A stretch of DNA of 63,924 nt, the filler included, from Hyphochytrium catenoides (taxonomy: Eukaryota > Protista > Hyphochytriomycota), in the NCBI GenBank assembly GCA_900088475.1. It is 9 parts of 9 records of this genome, joined end to end, with 100 filler letters (N's around TTAATTAATTAA, not from the genome) between each part and the next. Parts side by side here need not be neighbours in the genome. Positions count along the whole stretch, not along the records: positions 1 to 22,763 come from FLMG01003358.1; positions 22,864 to 32,443 come from FLMG01004147.1; 7 more parts are not named here. The stretch is one strand, 5' to 3'. Below, in pieces: positions 11,660-23,918 of the stretch; position 1 is the first letter of the stretch, and every line of letters starts with the position of its first letter. Both the position numbers and the translations under genes were made by a program. The notes under the pieces are model-generated. The model saw only the letters and a list, made by a program, of their open reading frames with translations, did no database searches and had not been told where the DNA came from.

Positions 11660-14312
11660 ATGTTCTCATCAGATCTGCTGGATACGATCCCCTGTAACTT
11701 TCCTTTTGTCCGTAAGTCCGGCTAGCTCCTTTCCTTCCATGCGCACCGCCCTGGCTTGTCCATGCCTCAATTTGGGCTCGCAGCTACCTTGCTGGACGTA
11801 CTACCGCTTTCTCCTCCTACATCGCGCCAGCGCTTGAGCATGACACATGCTGAGCTTCTGTACAGCCTCTTTCTTTGGCTTGTTTGGGTCTCTGATAGTC
11901 TTATCATTGTTTGTTACAGCCCTGAACTGCACTCAGACATTCGCGGACGTGTCTGGCAGTCAGTACGTCATATGGAAAGTGGTCTACCTAGCAGCAGGAG
12001 GGATTGGAGTCATCCTGACACTCATCCGCATTCCGGGCATCCTGAAGCGCGGCTCCGACATCCAGCGAGCATGCTTCCCATTCCTCTTCATTGCTTTTGG
12101 CAGCTTCATTGTGAGAGGATTAGACCCCAACGGCTATGAGGGGATGATACCGAAGATTATTGTGGAGTTTGCTGGCACCTGTGCCTCCTGCTGCCTGTAC
12201 AGCATATGGTGAGTGCTTCCGAGAGACGAGGCTAACAAACCCTTTAGGGCTCTCTCTTCTAAGTGCCTGGATGCGTGCTCATCACTCCTCTGCGCACCCT
12301 AACAGTCCGCCTTTCTCCCATGGTCTGTCTCAATTTTGCTCTTCTTTTCTTTCTCTTACGCACTCTGTGTGTCTCTCCTCCTCGCTTTCCCTTACACCCC
12401 CTTTCTGTCTTTCCTTCCCTCTTGCTTTCTCTTACGCCCTCTTTATGTCTCCTCTCTCTCTCTCCCTCTCTCTCTCCCTCTCTCNNNNNNNNNNNNNNNN
12501 NNNNNNNNNNNNNNNNNNNNNNNNNNNNNNNNNTCTCTCTCTCTCTCTCTCTCTCTCTCGCTCTCGCTCTCGCTCTCTCTTCTGTCTCGGTTATCTCTTT
12601 CTCTTTTCCCTCATGTCTGCTGCTAATGTTCTTAAGCTTTTTCTTAGTTTCCTCATCCCCACTTCCCGACTTGGGAGTAGCTCTTTTCTCTCTCTCCGCT
12701 GGCCTCAATCCTTTGCCTCCCTGAACTCTTGCTTTTTGACTTCTCAGTGCCTCGTCTTCCTTGATAGGTGCTCCTCCTATCACCCATCGATGTAATTAGC
12801 GTGGTCCTTCTCTCCTTTTTGTTGTCTAAGTGAGATGTGTGCTCCGTGTGTCACAAGCGAGAGCTACTTCTCCCTCTGGCCGCAGCTGACGCTCCTCTTG
12901 CTCTTCCATGCAGCTGCATAATTGCAGTTCTTTGGGGTTCACTCCTGCAAAGCTACAGCGCTAACTGGCGCATTCCAGCTGGAATTCGTCTATTTGGATT
13001 GTTCCTGACGGTGTCGACCTGGGTCCTCTGCCTGGTGCTCGCTTTCTATGTGGCAGGAGAGCCTGTCCAGAAGTATGACGTCCATGTCTACGTGGCTATC
13101 CAGCTCCTCAGCTACAGCGGTAAGCGATAGACAACTGTCTGCTAGCTTGAAGGGGCTTTGTCTCAATGTCAAGTCCATCATTTGATTGCTTAGCAGATAG
13201 AAAGCTGAGTCTTCACCGTCTCTCCTAGTCATTTGCCCCACTTCTCCGCTTATATTGGAAGCCTACCCGTCTGGATCGTTCTTCTCTCTTTCTTGGACTC
13301 TCTCTCTATATATATACATCTCTCGCCTGCTTCTTCTTCATTAGGCGCTGGGATCTGCCTTCCTTAGTGTCTCTCGTCCTCCCTCAAAACCATCTGTTTG
13401 GGGTTGACTTACCCACAACACGTCGGTCTGATCTCTGTTCGGCCCTTTCACTTCTATGTTCTCTTTCCTCTAGCTCTGGGCATGGTACTGATGGCTTACT
13501 TTATCTACACGGGAGCCGTTCTCCATCGGCGGCTAGTAGAATCCTTTGATGGCTCCAATGAGACAACAGAACCTGCAGCAGGTCTCTCAACCCCTACAGG
13601 AAGCATCGAGGTGGACTATGGACCGAGCCGAAAGAAATCCGTCGTCGCGGAGTCGCAGAAGAGAAAGTGTTGGACAGCTCCTCTCTCTCTATATTATCGG
13701 TGGACGAACCTTCCTCGGATCACGAGAATGCTGGTGATCTTCTGCATCGCATCTACGGCCGCCATCGTGGTGATGAGTGCCTTAGCGTACGGTATGCTGA
13801 GCGACGGCTATCTCTTTGCTTGGCAAGAGTATTCTCTTTGTCTACTCTATTCTGAGACGGAGGAAGAGAGGGCGATCTGTCCTATCGAGTTTGATGGACT
13901 AGTCCTCTCTGTTCTTCAGCTATTTCTCCTCTTTCTCTGTGTGTGGGCCTTCTGGAGACTCCCTCCTCTTCCAGAGAAGAGCCAGACAGCAAGTGAACCA
14001 GGCGCAGAGGATTTGGAAGAAGAGCAACGGGAGGAGGAACTTCTTAGGGATGACGGAAAGAGAAGAACTATGGCAGGGAAGCTGTCAAACTATGCCTTTG
14101 ACATGCAAAAGGCAGCGGATGGCAGGCTAAGCGAGCATTCAAGTTTCATGGCAGAGTACACTCCGCCGGACTTTTGGCTATCCTCTGACTCGTTCAACTA
14201 TGAGTCGGACAACGACCAACAAGACCATTTCTCCATGCTAGGAAGACAGAGTGTCCCTTACCAGGTGGTGTCAAGCAAAAAGCTCTCTCTCGGCGGAAGG
14301 AAAAGCGTCTAA
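11660..14312 (+). CDS. Orphan 7-transmembrane (GPCR-like, TOM1/GPR137-like) protein, copy 1; exons 11660-11711, 11920-12208, 12914-13119, 13474-14312
   Basis: GT-AG junctions splice in frame (phases 1,2,1). The product has seven hydrophobic segments, an RGLDPNGY motif after TM2, an N-terminal CNFPFVPLNC motif and a long acidic C-tail. It is colinear with copy 2. Confidence 0.8.
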
Positions 14313-16316
14313 TCTTCGAAGAGAGAACTGCCGTCTCCATACAGCTGGGCCCCTGCCTTATTAGCTCGTTCAAGGAAAGCTGTAGGGATAGAATAGACAA
14401 CATTGGTTATCCATGAGAGAGTAGAAAAGCTCAAGAAACCATGCTGTGGAGAAGTAGAAAGAGAGCGAACGAAGTAAGCGCTTCAATGGTGATCCAGACC
14501 CTACGACCTTAGGAAAATGTCTCTCAAGCTGACTCTGCATGTAACATAATAGAGCGGAGATGAAGGAGAATAAAGAGAAATGTTGTCTGCTCCACCCGAA
14601 CTATTCGATGGTTCCTGTCCAGACTTCCAATCTTTTATTGCGTGCTATTCAAAGAGCCAGTATCTATCACCTTCTATCTATTAAACGGATCTTGCTACTC
14701 ATACGGATGTTTGCTGGCGGTAAGGCGACGCTTTGCACTAACAAGGCTCGCGGCGTTACTGGGGATGTGCAACTAGTCGAAACACTTTCGAGTGGTGTTA
14801 TTGCTAGGAGCTAGGTCACAGAGCAGGCACAATCTTTCAGTCGTCTTCTCACGGGTGTCACCTGTCATATAATAAACCAATGTGCCCGGAAGCGCCCGGC
14901 CGTGGCCCTTGGGAAAGAAGATTGAAGTTCTTCTGGAAGTTTGCTGCTATTGGTGGCACACACATGAAGGTACTGGGAGTTCTAGGGCTGCGGCCGCTTG
15001 CGTCCAGAGCAGTGCAAACAGAGCGCCCGGCTGGACGGTCTAGTTCTACTTACTGTCAACCGGCCGGCCTATCTCCCATCATCTCATGAACCATGAACCT
15101 CACGCGCTGGCACTTCTCTGTTTGATAACTATCAGCACTAATAGTAAAGCTAGTGAGGGCTCCATACTACTACTGACTGCAAGTTCTATAATTCCTTACA
15201 TCATAGCCAGTATTTGCACATGGTGGTTCTACTTATCATTGCTACTAATAACAAGAAGGGATAATGAGTCGCAATAACTGCCTAAGTCCGAATCTTTGGT
15301 TCTCTACAAGTACAGAACTGTTTTACTTGGCCTCGTCCATCTTATATATTTACAGTACAATAATAGTCTATAATTATTATGTACTGTAGTAAGTACAGCC
15401 TTGGACTGTTTAGGACAATTGTCGGCCGTGCTGAGTAGTTCTAGGGTACTCTGTCTCGATGCAAAGGCGAGCATGGAACAGCGCTGACTGGTGAAGCTTG
15501 AGGAACGTTCTCTGATAGAGAGTGAGAAACATGCGCCAGAGCCTTCTTACTGACCAGATGGCCAGTACTGTTTTACGTGCTACAGGGTTCTGTGTTATAT
15601 TTAGGGCTGTTATTAGTATGGGGGATTATGGTCCTTCGGGTTACCAACCCTAAAAATGAGACCGCCAACAAGTTCGCCAGCTCCGTAGACAAACAAAGGC
15701 GAAGAGATGTGACAGAAGGCCCTGCGGGCTTGTGACAGGGACGGTGGTCCGCTACCTTAGCGATATATCACTACTATTACTACTACGACTCCACTCTTAC
15801 TGGTTTAGGGCTACCGGACCTGAGACCGGCAGACTCCTAAGGCTGGTCTGTCCATGCTAGCGACAGGGATATTGGTCTCCAGTCTCCAGGTGTTATTCAG
15901 AGTTAGCGATACGAACACAGAGCTTCAAGGTTCTGAAGCTACTACGGAGTCCTTGTTTCTACATGGTGGAGAGACAAAAGAGCGTTCTTTCTAATAAAGC
16001 GTTGATTATGAGCGCTGTGGCTAGAGTAGACCTATGTTAGCCTTTTGTAATGTTGAGAGAAGCACGGGATGTTTATTGTTCCGTTCGATAGTGGCAGGCA
16101 AACAGAGGAAAGAACCATTCAACACGCACTCACGCATTCCTAGCTCTATCCCTTAGTTCTAGGCAAGTACAGTGACAGGCCTGGTATTTCGTGTATACAG
16201 GGCTGACCGGGAGGCACAGATACCGAAATACACACACACAAAGAGTGAGNNNNNNNNNNNNNNNNNNNNNNNNNNNNNNNNNNNNNNNNNNNNNNNNNNN
16301 NNNNNNNNNNNGAGAG

Positions 16317-16387
<71 letters not shown>

Positions 16388-17413
16388 AGACCGAGAAGAG
16401 AGAGGGAGACAGGAAGAATATTAGATACACGGAAACAGAGGCACCAGGAAGGAACACAAGGAGACCGTAAGAAGTGTCCAGTTGGTCTAAGAATGGCGTG
16501 ATAGAGACGGAAGGACCGTCAACAGCCTTATGACCAGCCATTAGCTATTTTCACTAGTCATTGTAAGCGTTATTAGAACGGCTAACCTCTTCTGGGGCCT
16601 CAGCAGACATGAGGGAATGGGCAGAATAGCAGGGCAATCAGTAGTGTGGCGAAGGAGGGCATGGGCCTAAGATCATCGGGATTGTTCTGAGACGTACTCT
16701 TCTAGACCGCAAGGCAAGGGAAGAAGAAAGGGAGAGGACGCTACGCTTCGATTTGTTCTCTCTCTGGCTCTTGCCGTTCTGCAACTACTCACCGTCTCTC
16801 TTGAAAAAGGGAAGAAAGTAGTGGCAGTGCATCTTCGAAGCTGCTCGGGCCAACGGTAAATCTTCAAAAGGAGCTCGGAGGGTATATCGCAAGACACAGG
16901 AAGGTGCTTCCCGCAATGAGAGCGTAGTGAAGCGCCTTCCGCTATGTTTGAGCTGTCTCTGGCCTCCGCGACGGCAAAGTCTAGCATTGAATCGCGTCCG
17001 CTCTAGCCCTCAGCTCCTAGGGATTGTCGGTTGACGTCTCCTTTTCTCACTCATCCCAGTAACTCAGTATCTTACGTTGCAAACGGCTGAGCGCCTGGAC
17101 CACCAAGGAAGTCATTTAGAAGAGAGAAGATAGCGACAAAAGAGAAAGGTTGCATTGTACTCTCGGTTTAACCTGCTGCTCCTTCCGTGTTCCCAAGTCC
17201 CCCAGGCAACAGGCAACACTCCTCCCTGCCTCCTCGTTATCATACGCGACCAGAAAGAGTAGGAAAGAGCATAAGCAAGTCTTACTTGGCGCTGTTGAGT
17301 CTCTTGTCAGTTCGCTTTCTCTTCTTTCCGCCCTCACCCTCTCTCACCGGGTGGAGTGGCGGAGACCACCAGCGCTGCGAAGTGGACTTGGAAGTCCCTT
17401 TGATAGGAAGATC

Positions 17414-18877
17414 ATGTGGGCCCTGTGGCAGGAGACTCCGTACAGCATCGACCTCTTGAAAGACATTCCCTGCGAGTTCCCTTATGTTGGTCAGTTTGCC
17501 TTTGTCTTCCTCCTTTTTCCTGAGTAAAGCCCTTCTATTTTTCCTTCTGCTTTCACTCTCTTTCTCTCTTTTCTTCTTTCTCTCTCTGTCTCTCTCTTTT
17601 CTGCTCTCTCTCTCTCTCATTCCCTCTCTGGTTCTTCTACTCCTTGAAAGTAGGCGAAAAGGAGAAGGGGCAAAGTTTCAAGGAGAAGGGGCATATCTTC
17701 TTCTCTTTCATGTCCTCCTCCTCTCTTCTCACTCTTCTTTTCCTCGATGGTTCTTAGGGCCCGACTGCGACACTCCTTTCTCTGAGTTGGTAGGCACGCC
17801 CTACCTTGTCTGGAGGCTTCTCTACCTTCTCACAGGCGGAAGCGGCGTCATCCTCCTCTTGCTGCAGCTTCCATCCTTGCTCTCTGGCGGATCTGTCATA
17901 CAGCGAGCCTGTTGTCCTTTCGTCCTGCTTGCCTTTCTATCCTTTTTGGTCCGCGGCGTGGACCCTAACGCCTATGGAGGGCTGCTCCCCATGATGGTCT
18001 CAGGAATGGCGGGAGGTGCCGCGACTTGCTGCCTGTACACCATTTGGTAAGAGTGAACGGCTCGGAAGGAAGGCGGGGTAAAAGAAGGGAAGTACCGCAT
18101 GACGGAGGACACATCAGAGACACCAGACAGAGGGAGAGGAAGAGAGACAGAAGAGAAGAGAGGGAGAGAGAGAGCCTGGGAAGAGAGAGAATGAAAGGGC
18201 AGAGAGAGAGAGAGAGGATGAGAAAGAAGTTTACCAGAAGGACAGATACCTTGGTCAATGGGGTCCCGCTAACTCTTTTCCTCTCTTTACCTCTTTTTCT
18301 CTCTCTTACGCCCAGCTTCATCATCGCCGTTGTCTGGGGATCTCTCACACATAACTTCGGGAGGCCTGGACGGAGAGAGGACTGGACCATCCCCACCGCC
18401 ATGCGCGTTCTTGGCATCCTTCTCTCTGTGACCACTTGGACCGTGACGCTGGTTGTTGCCCTGGAAAGCTCCAGGCGCCCGGTCCAGAAGTTTGACGTGA
18501 GTTCCCTTATGGCTGCGCAGCTCATTAGTCTCGTTGGTAAGGCACACGCTCTCTCTCTCTCTCTCTCTCCTGTTGCAGGTCTCTCCCTCTCTCTCTCTTT
18601 CCTGCTTCTGCTCTCTCTCTTTCCTGTTGCTGCTCTCTCTCTTTCCTTCAGCCGCTATCTCTCTTCTTGTCACTGTCTTGCTCCTTGTGGGGCATCGCCC
18701 TTCAATAAAAATAAAGTCACATTTCTTCTGGTCGACTCGCCACCTACTAGCAGAAACTCTGTACCACTCTCTGTTTTCCCATTTCCGCCTGCACGATTTC
18801 TTTCTTCGCCACTTCCACAATGTTTCTCTTTCTCTCTCTTTCGTCTCAACTTCTACTACTTCTCTAACATGCCTCCT

Positions 18878-18915
<38 letters not shown>

Positions 18916-19833
18916 CTCCCTTTCACTTACGCTCCTGCTCTCTCTTCTCGTCCAGCGCTTGGTGTCATCGGTTTGGGTTTCTTTGTCTACACAGGGACCA
19001 TGCTACATCGCCGTCTTTCGGACACCATCCCCAGCCCGCTTGAAGGGCGGAGAAGACTACCTATACCCTCGTCTTCTCCTCTCTCTGCCATAGGACGAGT
19101 GATAGAGCAAGACTATAGAGAAGGGAGAAAGAAGATAGAGGCGACGGAAGAAGAAAGGAGAAGCTGCTGTGCATGTCTTCTGTCTGTCTTCTCTTATTGG
19201 AAGCGATTGCCGCATATCACCAAGATTCTGGTTCTCTTTTCTCTCACCTGCGCGGCAGCGATGGTCTTTCTCGCCTTGGTAGCGTACACTATCCTCGAGG
19301 AAGGCTTTCTCTTCTCATGGCAGCGGTACAATCTCTGTCTCCTCTCCTCGCAAACGTTGGAGGAGAAGGACAGCTGCCCGATTGCCTTTGATAACACTGT
19401 CTTCACGATTCTTCAGATGATAGTCCTCTTTCTCTCAGTATGGGCGTTATCGAAGGTTCCTCCGTCTCTCTACGGAGAGAAGGAGAAGGATGTGGAGAGA
19501 GAAGAGCACTTGGAAAAGGGAGAAAGAGAGAGAGTAGAAGCTTTAGGGAAAGTGAGCGACGGCTCTGCTTACTTAGCAGAAGACTATGAGCCACCTCCGG
19601 ATGACCTTCCCTGGATCCCTTCTATCTCTTTGTCGTCCTCTCTCTCTCCCTCCTCGCGCAGCTCGCAGGGTCAAGATCTTCCTAACACTTACAACTCGGG
19701 CTGTGAAGCCTACAGAGAGCTGCTGGACGAGAGTAGAAACGGAGGGAAAGGCAGAACCACGAGATGGAGCTTAACGCTTGGAGGATGGAGATGGTCAACG
19801 GGTAGACGGAGCTCGCTCAGCATGGAACAGTAA
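17414..19833 (+). CDS. Orphan 7-transmembrane protein, copy 2; exons 17414-17489, 17758-18046, 18316-18536, 18956-19833
   Basis: Same intron positions and phases as copy 1. Shared motifs: IPC.FP.V...C, IQRAC.PF, VRG.DPN.Y.G, CCLY.IC.IIAV.WGSL, PVQK.DV, YTG..LHRRL, GFLF.WQ.Y.LCL, CPI.FD. The start codon could lie further upstream. Confidence 0.8.
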
Positions 19834-19940
19834 ATACAGAGAGTTGGGGCTCTCTCTCCCTTGCGTTTTCTCTCTCTCTCTCTCTCTCTCCGTCCCTCTC
19901 TTCTCTTTCTCTCTATCTCTCTCTTTCTTTCTCTTTCTCT

Positions 19941-20215
19941 GTGTTTTTTTGTGCCACACAATACCGTCAATCTGTTAGCCTTTCTCCTCCTTCTCTGTCN
20001 NNNNNNNNNNNNNNNNNNNNNNNNNNNNNNNNNNNNNNNNNNNNNNNNNNNNNNNNNNNNNNNNNNNNNNNNNNNNNNNNNNNNNNNNNNNNNNNNNNNN
20101 NNNNNNNNNNNNNNNNNNNNNNNNNNNNNNNNNNNNNNNNNNNNNNNNNNNNNNNNNNNNNNNNNNTTTTTTTGTGCCACACAATATCATCAATCTGTTA
20201 GCCTTTCTCTTCTTT
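19941..20215. repeat. Direct repeat flanking an N-run, probably a collapsed tandem array
   Basis: TTTTTTGTGCCACACAATA(C/T)C(G/A)TCAATCTGTTAGCCTTTCTC occurs on both sides of the N-run at 20000-20165. Confidence 0.6.
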
Positions 20216-20781
20216 CTCTGTCCTTCAGTAAACGTTGTCTAAGACTGCTACGATGCTGGCCTTAAAGACGTAAAGAATGGTTTGATCATCTGTTTCTCCC
20301 TCTCTGAGCCCTTTTTTCCTCCTTCTCACTAAAGGCGTAGTTCGAAGGGTGTTGGACTTCTCTCCCTGCCACAATCCTCTCTTGCTTCAAGAAGTCTGCC
20401 TCTCGTTCTTCTCTATTTCAGAGTTCTTCTCTCTCTCTCTCTCTCTCTCTCTCTNNNNNNNNNNNNNNNNNNNNNNNNNNNNNNTCTCTCTCTCTCTCTC
20501 CCCCTCTCTCTCCCTCTCTCTCTTTCTCTCTCTCTTTCTCTGTCCTGATGGCTGTGTCTTTTCTCCGCACTGTTTCTTCTCACAGTGGTTTACTATTTGC
20601 GTTTGTCCACTAGAGACGACGGTAAGCTTGAAGGTAGGCAAATGCCACCAAGGAAGAAAGAGAGTCGTCTGCTCATTTCAGAAAAAAGTGTCTTTCAGTC
20701 TAGCCAGAGAAGGTGGAGCTCTGACTGAGTAGAATAACAAATGGTAAAGAGGCGGAAGAAGCATGAAGAGAGAGGGGTTGC

Positions 20782-22763
20782 TCATGTGCGGTACTTCCAG
20801 ACTAAATACTTCGTATCCCCAAGCTTCCGAGGCGCAAACTGCTCCTTCAATAGGAAGAGCGTCGCCATTATCAAACAGACAGAACCCAGCGCTATGTATG
20901 CGGAGCCTGAGCAAAGACGGCATGAGAAAGAATGTATTCAGCAGAAGCGAAAGGCACAACGATTTGACGCGGGTCGTGGAGAGAGAAAGAACTAACCGGG
21001 ACCGAAGGACGCTGGCCCATTATTGACAAGGACAAGCGCTGAGAAGAAAGACAGAACGAGAAGTCAAGCGAAACAGAGAAGCAAGAGAGAGATGGGCATT
21101 TTCGGCGGAAGGGACCATCTAGAGAAAGAATAATGAGAAATGCTATGGCGAGGAAGACAGAGAAGTAGAATAAGCTGGTTATAACCTAAGAAAGGATTCT
21201 TCTCTCCCCACCAGGAGAGAGTTGTCACCACCAATGCCTTGTGACCTTTGAAGGACTGGACCAAGAAGTCTGGGAAGGAAAGTGAGCCGCGGAGGAGAAG
21301 GAAGAGACAAGCAAAGAGAAGAAAAGGTCAGCGGCAGCAATAGCGTGGGAGGAAGGTGCATCAAGAGCTCTAGCTGTATCTCTCTTTCTCTCTCTAGACC
21401 TGTCGCAGCCGTACGATCCATGGGCATACATGCGATGCTTCTCATCCTTCCTCGCTCTCCTTCTGTCCCCTTTCTCTATGTCCTTCCCTACTTACTGCTT
21501 TGGACTTCAAAGGTTAGCACCGTTCCTGGCTCAATGGGCGTCATGATCCGGCCATAGAGCTTCTTAAAAGTGGGCAGCGCCGCCATTCGCATCCAGCCAA
21601 TAAAATGCTCATTGGTGAGTCCCCATCGCTCTTCGGTAGCTTTCCATCCTGTCACGCCTGGGACTGGCTGCTGATTAGCTTGCGACTGAATGATACGAGA
21701 GTAGTTTGGGCTCTGCCAGATGAAGAGCGTGGATGCGTCCGTCAGAATCTTGGGGTCAGGGTTCTGATACTTTTGCTGTCTGTCTGACGGCCAGGTAATC
21801 TCAGTCTCCAGCATTGTGAAGCCTGGCGTTTCGAGAGCAAAGATGTCTGCCCAAGAGGAGATGAGGAAGATTGTCAGAGGGACTAGAACTCATGCGATGG
21901 TGATGGGACGGAGAGTATTGAGGAGAAATATTGCAGCTGAAGACCAATAAGGAAGAAGAAGAGGGTAAAGACAGAGAGTGACATACTCAGAGAAATGCAG
22001 AGAAGAGAGGAGAGAAAAAGATAGAAAGGACGGAAGACATTAGAAGAGAAAACAGGTCAAATCAGAGAGGGATGAGCCAGGCAGGGAAAGAGAGAAAATC
22101 GATGTCTGGTACGAGCATATGCCTATCAGTAGATACCACGGGTTGCAGAACATGATGCTGAAGGAGAGAGAGAGAGCTCACCGTTGAACATTGTGTTTGC
22201 AATTAGCCCACATGGATATCGTCTCCTCTCGGTCACAGCTCTGTCCTCAAGCCGCGAACTCACATTGTACACCGGAGAGACCGCGGTATTGAGGTCACAC
22301 TGGCCGTCACTGACGTCTCTGCCCAGCATCTGCTCGTCATTCTTGGAGACAGAGTACTTCCTATGGTTTTGATAGTAGTTGGAGAGCTCGTAATAGATAT
22401 AAATGGGTGGAGACATCAGCTTATCCACAGTGATGGAGATGCTGCAGGAGTGAGAAGGAGAGAAAGAGTTCTCTTCTCCTGGCTTCAAACGGCAGAGCGA
22501 AGAGTTCGTGATCCGAGGATCCGAGATCTCCTCAGCACTGTCATAGATGACGCGATACTCCATCACCTAGACCAACCAAGGCACAGAGAGAGAAGGAGGG
22601 AGAGAGGACAGGGAGACGGGAAGAGAGAGAGGAAGAGAGAGAGTACAGTCAGCCTGCGTCCACCATTGTGGAGCTTCCAGTGAGAAGACGTCAGGCAAGA
22701 CAGAGTGAGAGTAAGAAGGAGAGAGTGGAGTGAGGACCTACCGAGTCCGAGGCTGACTTGAGA
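20782..22763 (-). CDS. CDC50: CDC50/LEM3/ALIS P4-ATPase flippase beta subunit, 5' truncated by the contig edge; exons 22763-22742, 22566-22182, 21846-21496, 21269-21186, 20906-20782
   Basis: Hallmark motifs: PIYIYYELSNYYQNHRKY, YPCGLIANTMFND, ITWPSD, NEHFIGWMRMAALPTFKKLYG, WWGEKNPFLG|SAYIALGSVCL and PRKLGDTKYLVWK. All junctions splice in frame. Confidence 0.95.
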
Positions 22764-22863
22764 NNNNNNNNNNNNNNNNNNNNNNNNNNNNNNNNNNNNN
22801 NNNNNNNTTAATTAATTAANNNNNNNNNNNNNNNNNNNNNNNNNNNNNNNNNNNNNNNNNNNN
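22764..22863. other. Artificial contig spacer (44N-TTAATTAATTAA-44N); also at 32444-32543, 34633-34732, 37262-37361, 41615-41714, 46272-46371, 50352-50451 and 62795-62894
   Basis: An identical 100-nt cassette occurs eight times. Its core places stop codons in all six frames, and genes are cut at these positions. Confidence 0.97.
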
Positions 22864-23519
22864 CAACCATCCGTCCTACCATCTCGTCCTACCGATAAGA
22901 CTAACCCTGAGGCTGTGCAGGAGAAAGCTCATCCTTTGAATATATCATCTATCTTTCTCATTCATTGAAATGTTTCTTCAACCAGCCCAATATTTGCTGG
23001 TATACTCTCCATCTCAAAACCTTCATTTGCCAACCCTGAAATCTTCCAATCATCAGCATCTCTTGCTGTCAGGCATCATCTCTTCACTCCTTTGCCCCCT
23101 TCGTCCTCCTTCTGATTCTTATCTATCACAATGACCCATCATCGCCGCCCATCCCCAACACTAAGATAATGTTTTTGACAGAAGAGCCAGGCGGATGGAA
23201 TCTTTGCCGTCCTAATGTATGATCTGAGGAGTGGGAGCTTCAAAGAGAGAGCAAGGATAAAAGCTTGGGTTGTGGAAGAAAGATTGGACGATTGTCCAGC
23301 TGTCAGAGAGCTTCACCATCTGATGATGCTCATTTAGCATTGAGCGAGTGCCTCTGCAGCAGTGCTGGAGAGCTCGAGTGCCCTGGTGAATAGGTGTCTA
23401 CGTCTAAGATCATCTTGTTGTCGCCCGCCAGCAGGTAGCCGCCGCGCTTTTCGGTAGTACTGATTGTAGAAGAAGAAGAAGATGGGGTTCTTAAGCGAGG
23501 AAGAGGCATTGAAAGGATC

Positions 23520-23918
23520 ATGAGTGACCGTATCGCCTCAAACAAAGATAGCTGTCGAGGGCAGTCTTCTCCCCCACGTGTCGTGGCAGCAGGCAGTGGA
23601 ACCTCAGCATACAGCGCTCTCAGCGGTTGGCAACAGCAGCAACAGGAGACTTACTATTATCAGCAACAAGGGAACATGGCCTACCATCAAGTCTACCAGC
23701 CACAAAGCATCGGCTCATGACCACCACAAGCAGGTGCCGCAGATTATGCTTATCTACCGCAGCACCATTATCAGCAGCAAGTACTCGCACAGCAGAGCCC
23801 ACTACCAAGCCAATACTACGGCAGCCAATACCAGCCCTTTCCACCGTACCTGCAGCAGAAACAAGAGCAAGATCGCCAGCAGCTCTTTTTTGCCACCGTG
23901 GCAGATCCGGTAAGCTGA
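23520..23918 (+). pseudogene. Q/Y/P-rich low-complexity reading frame interrupted by an in-frame TGA at 23718-23720
   Basis: The same compositional bias continues in frame on both sides of the stop: WQQQQQETYYYQQQGNMAYHQVYQPQSIGS*PPQAGAADYAYLPQHHYQQQVLAQQSPLPSQYYGSQYQ. Confidence 0.45.

Noticed and set aside
15351-15388. Imperfect palindrome TACAGTACA...TGTACTGTA and nearby scattered TTAGGG/AACCCTA words
   Set aside because: Short, AT-rich and isolated; not enough to call a terminator, element end or telomeric tract.
21064-21185. Apparent frameshift or aberrant C-terminus in CDC50
   Set aside because: Resolved by an intron (21185-20907) leading to a canonical final exon at 20906-20782.
22808-22819. 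TTAATTAATTAA palindrome recurring eight times, as a biological repeat or piggyBac TTAA site
   Set aside because: It is always centred in exactly 44+44 N and cuts genes, so it is an artificial six-frame-stop contig linker.
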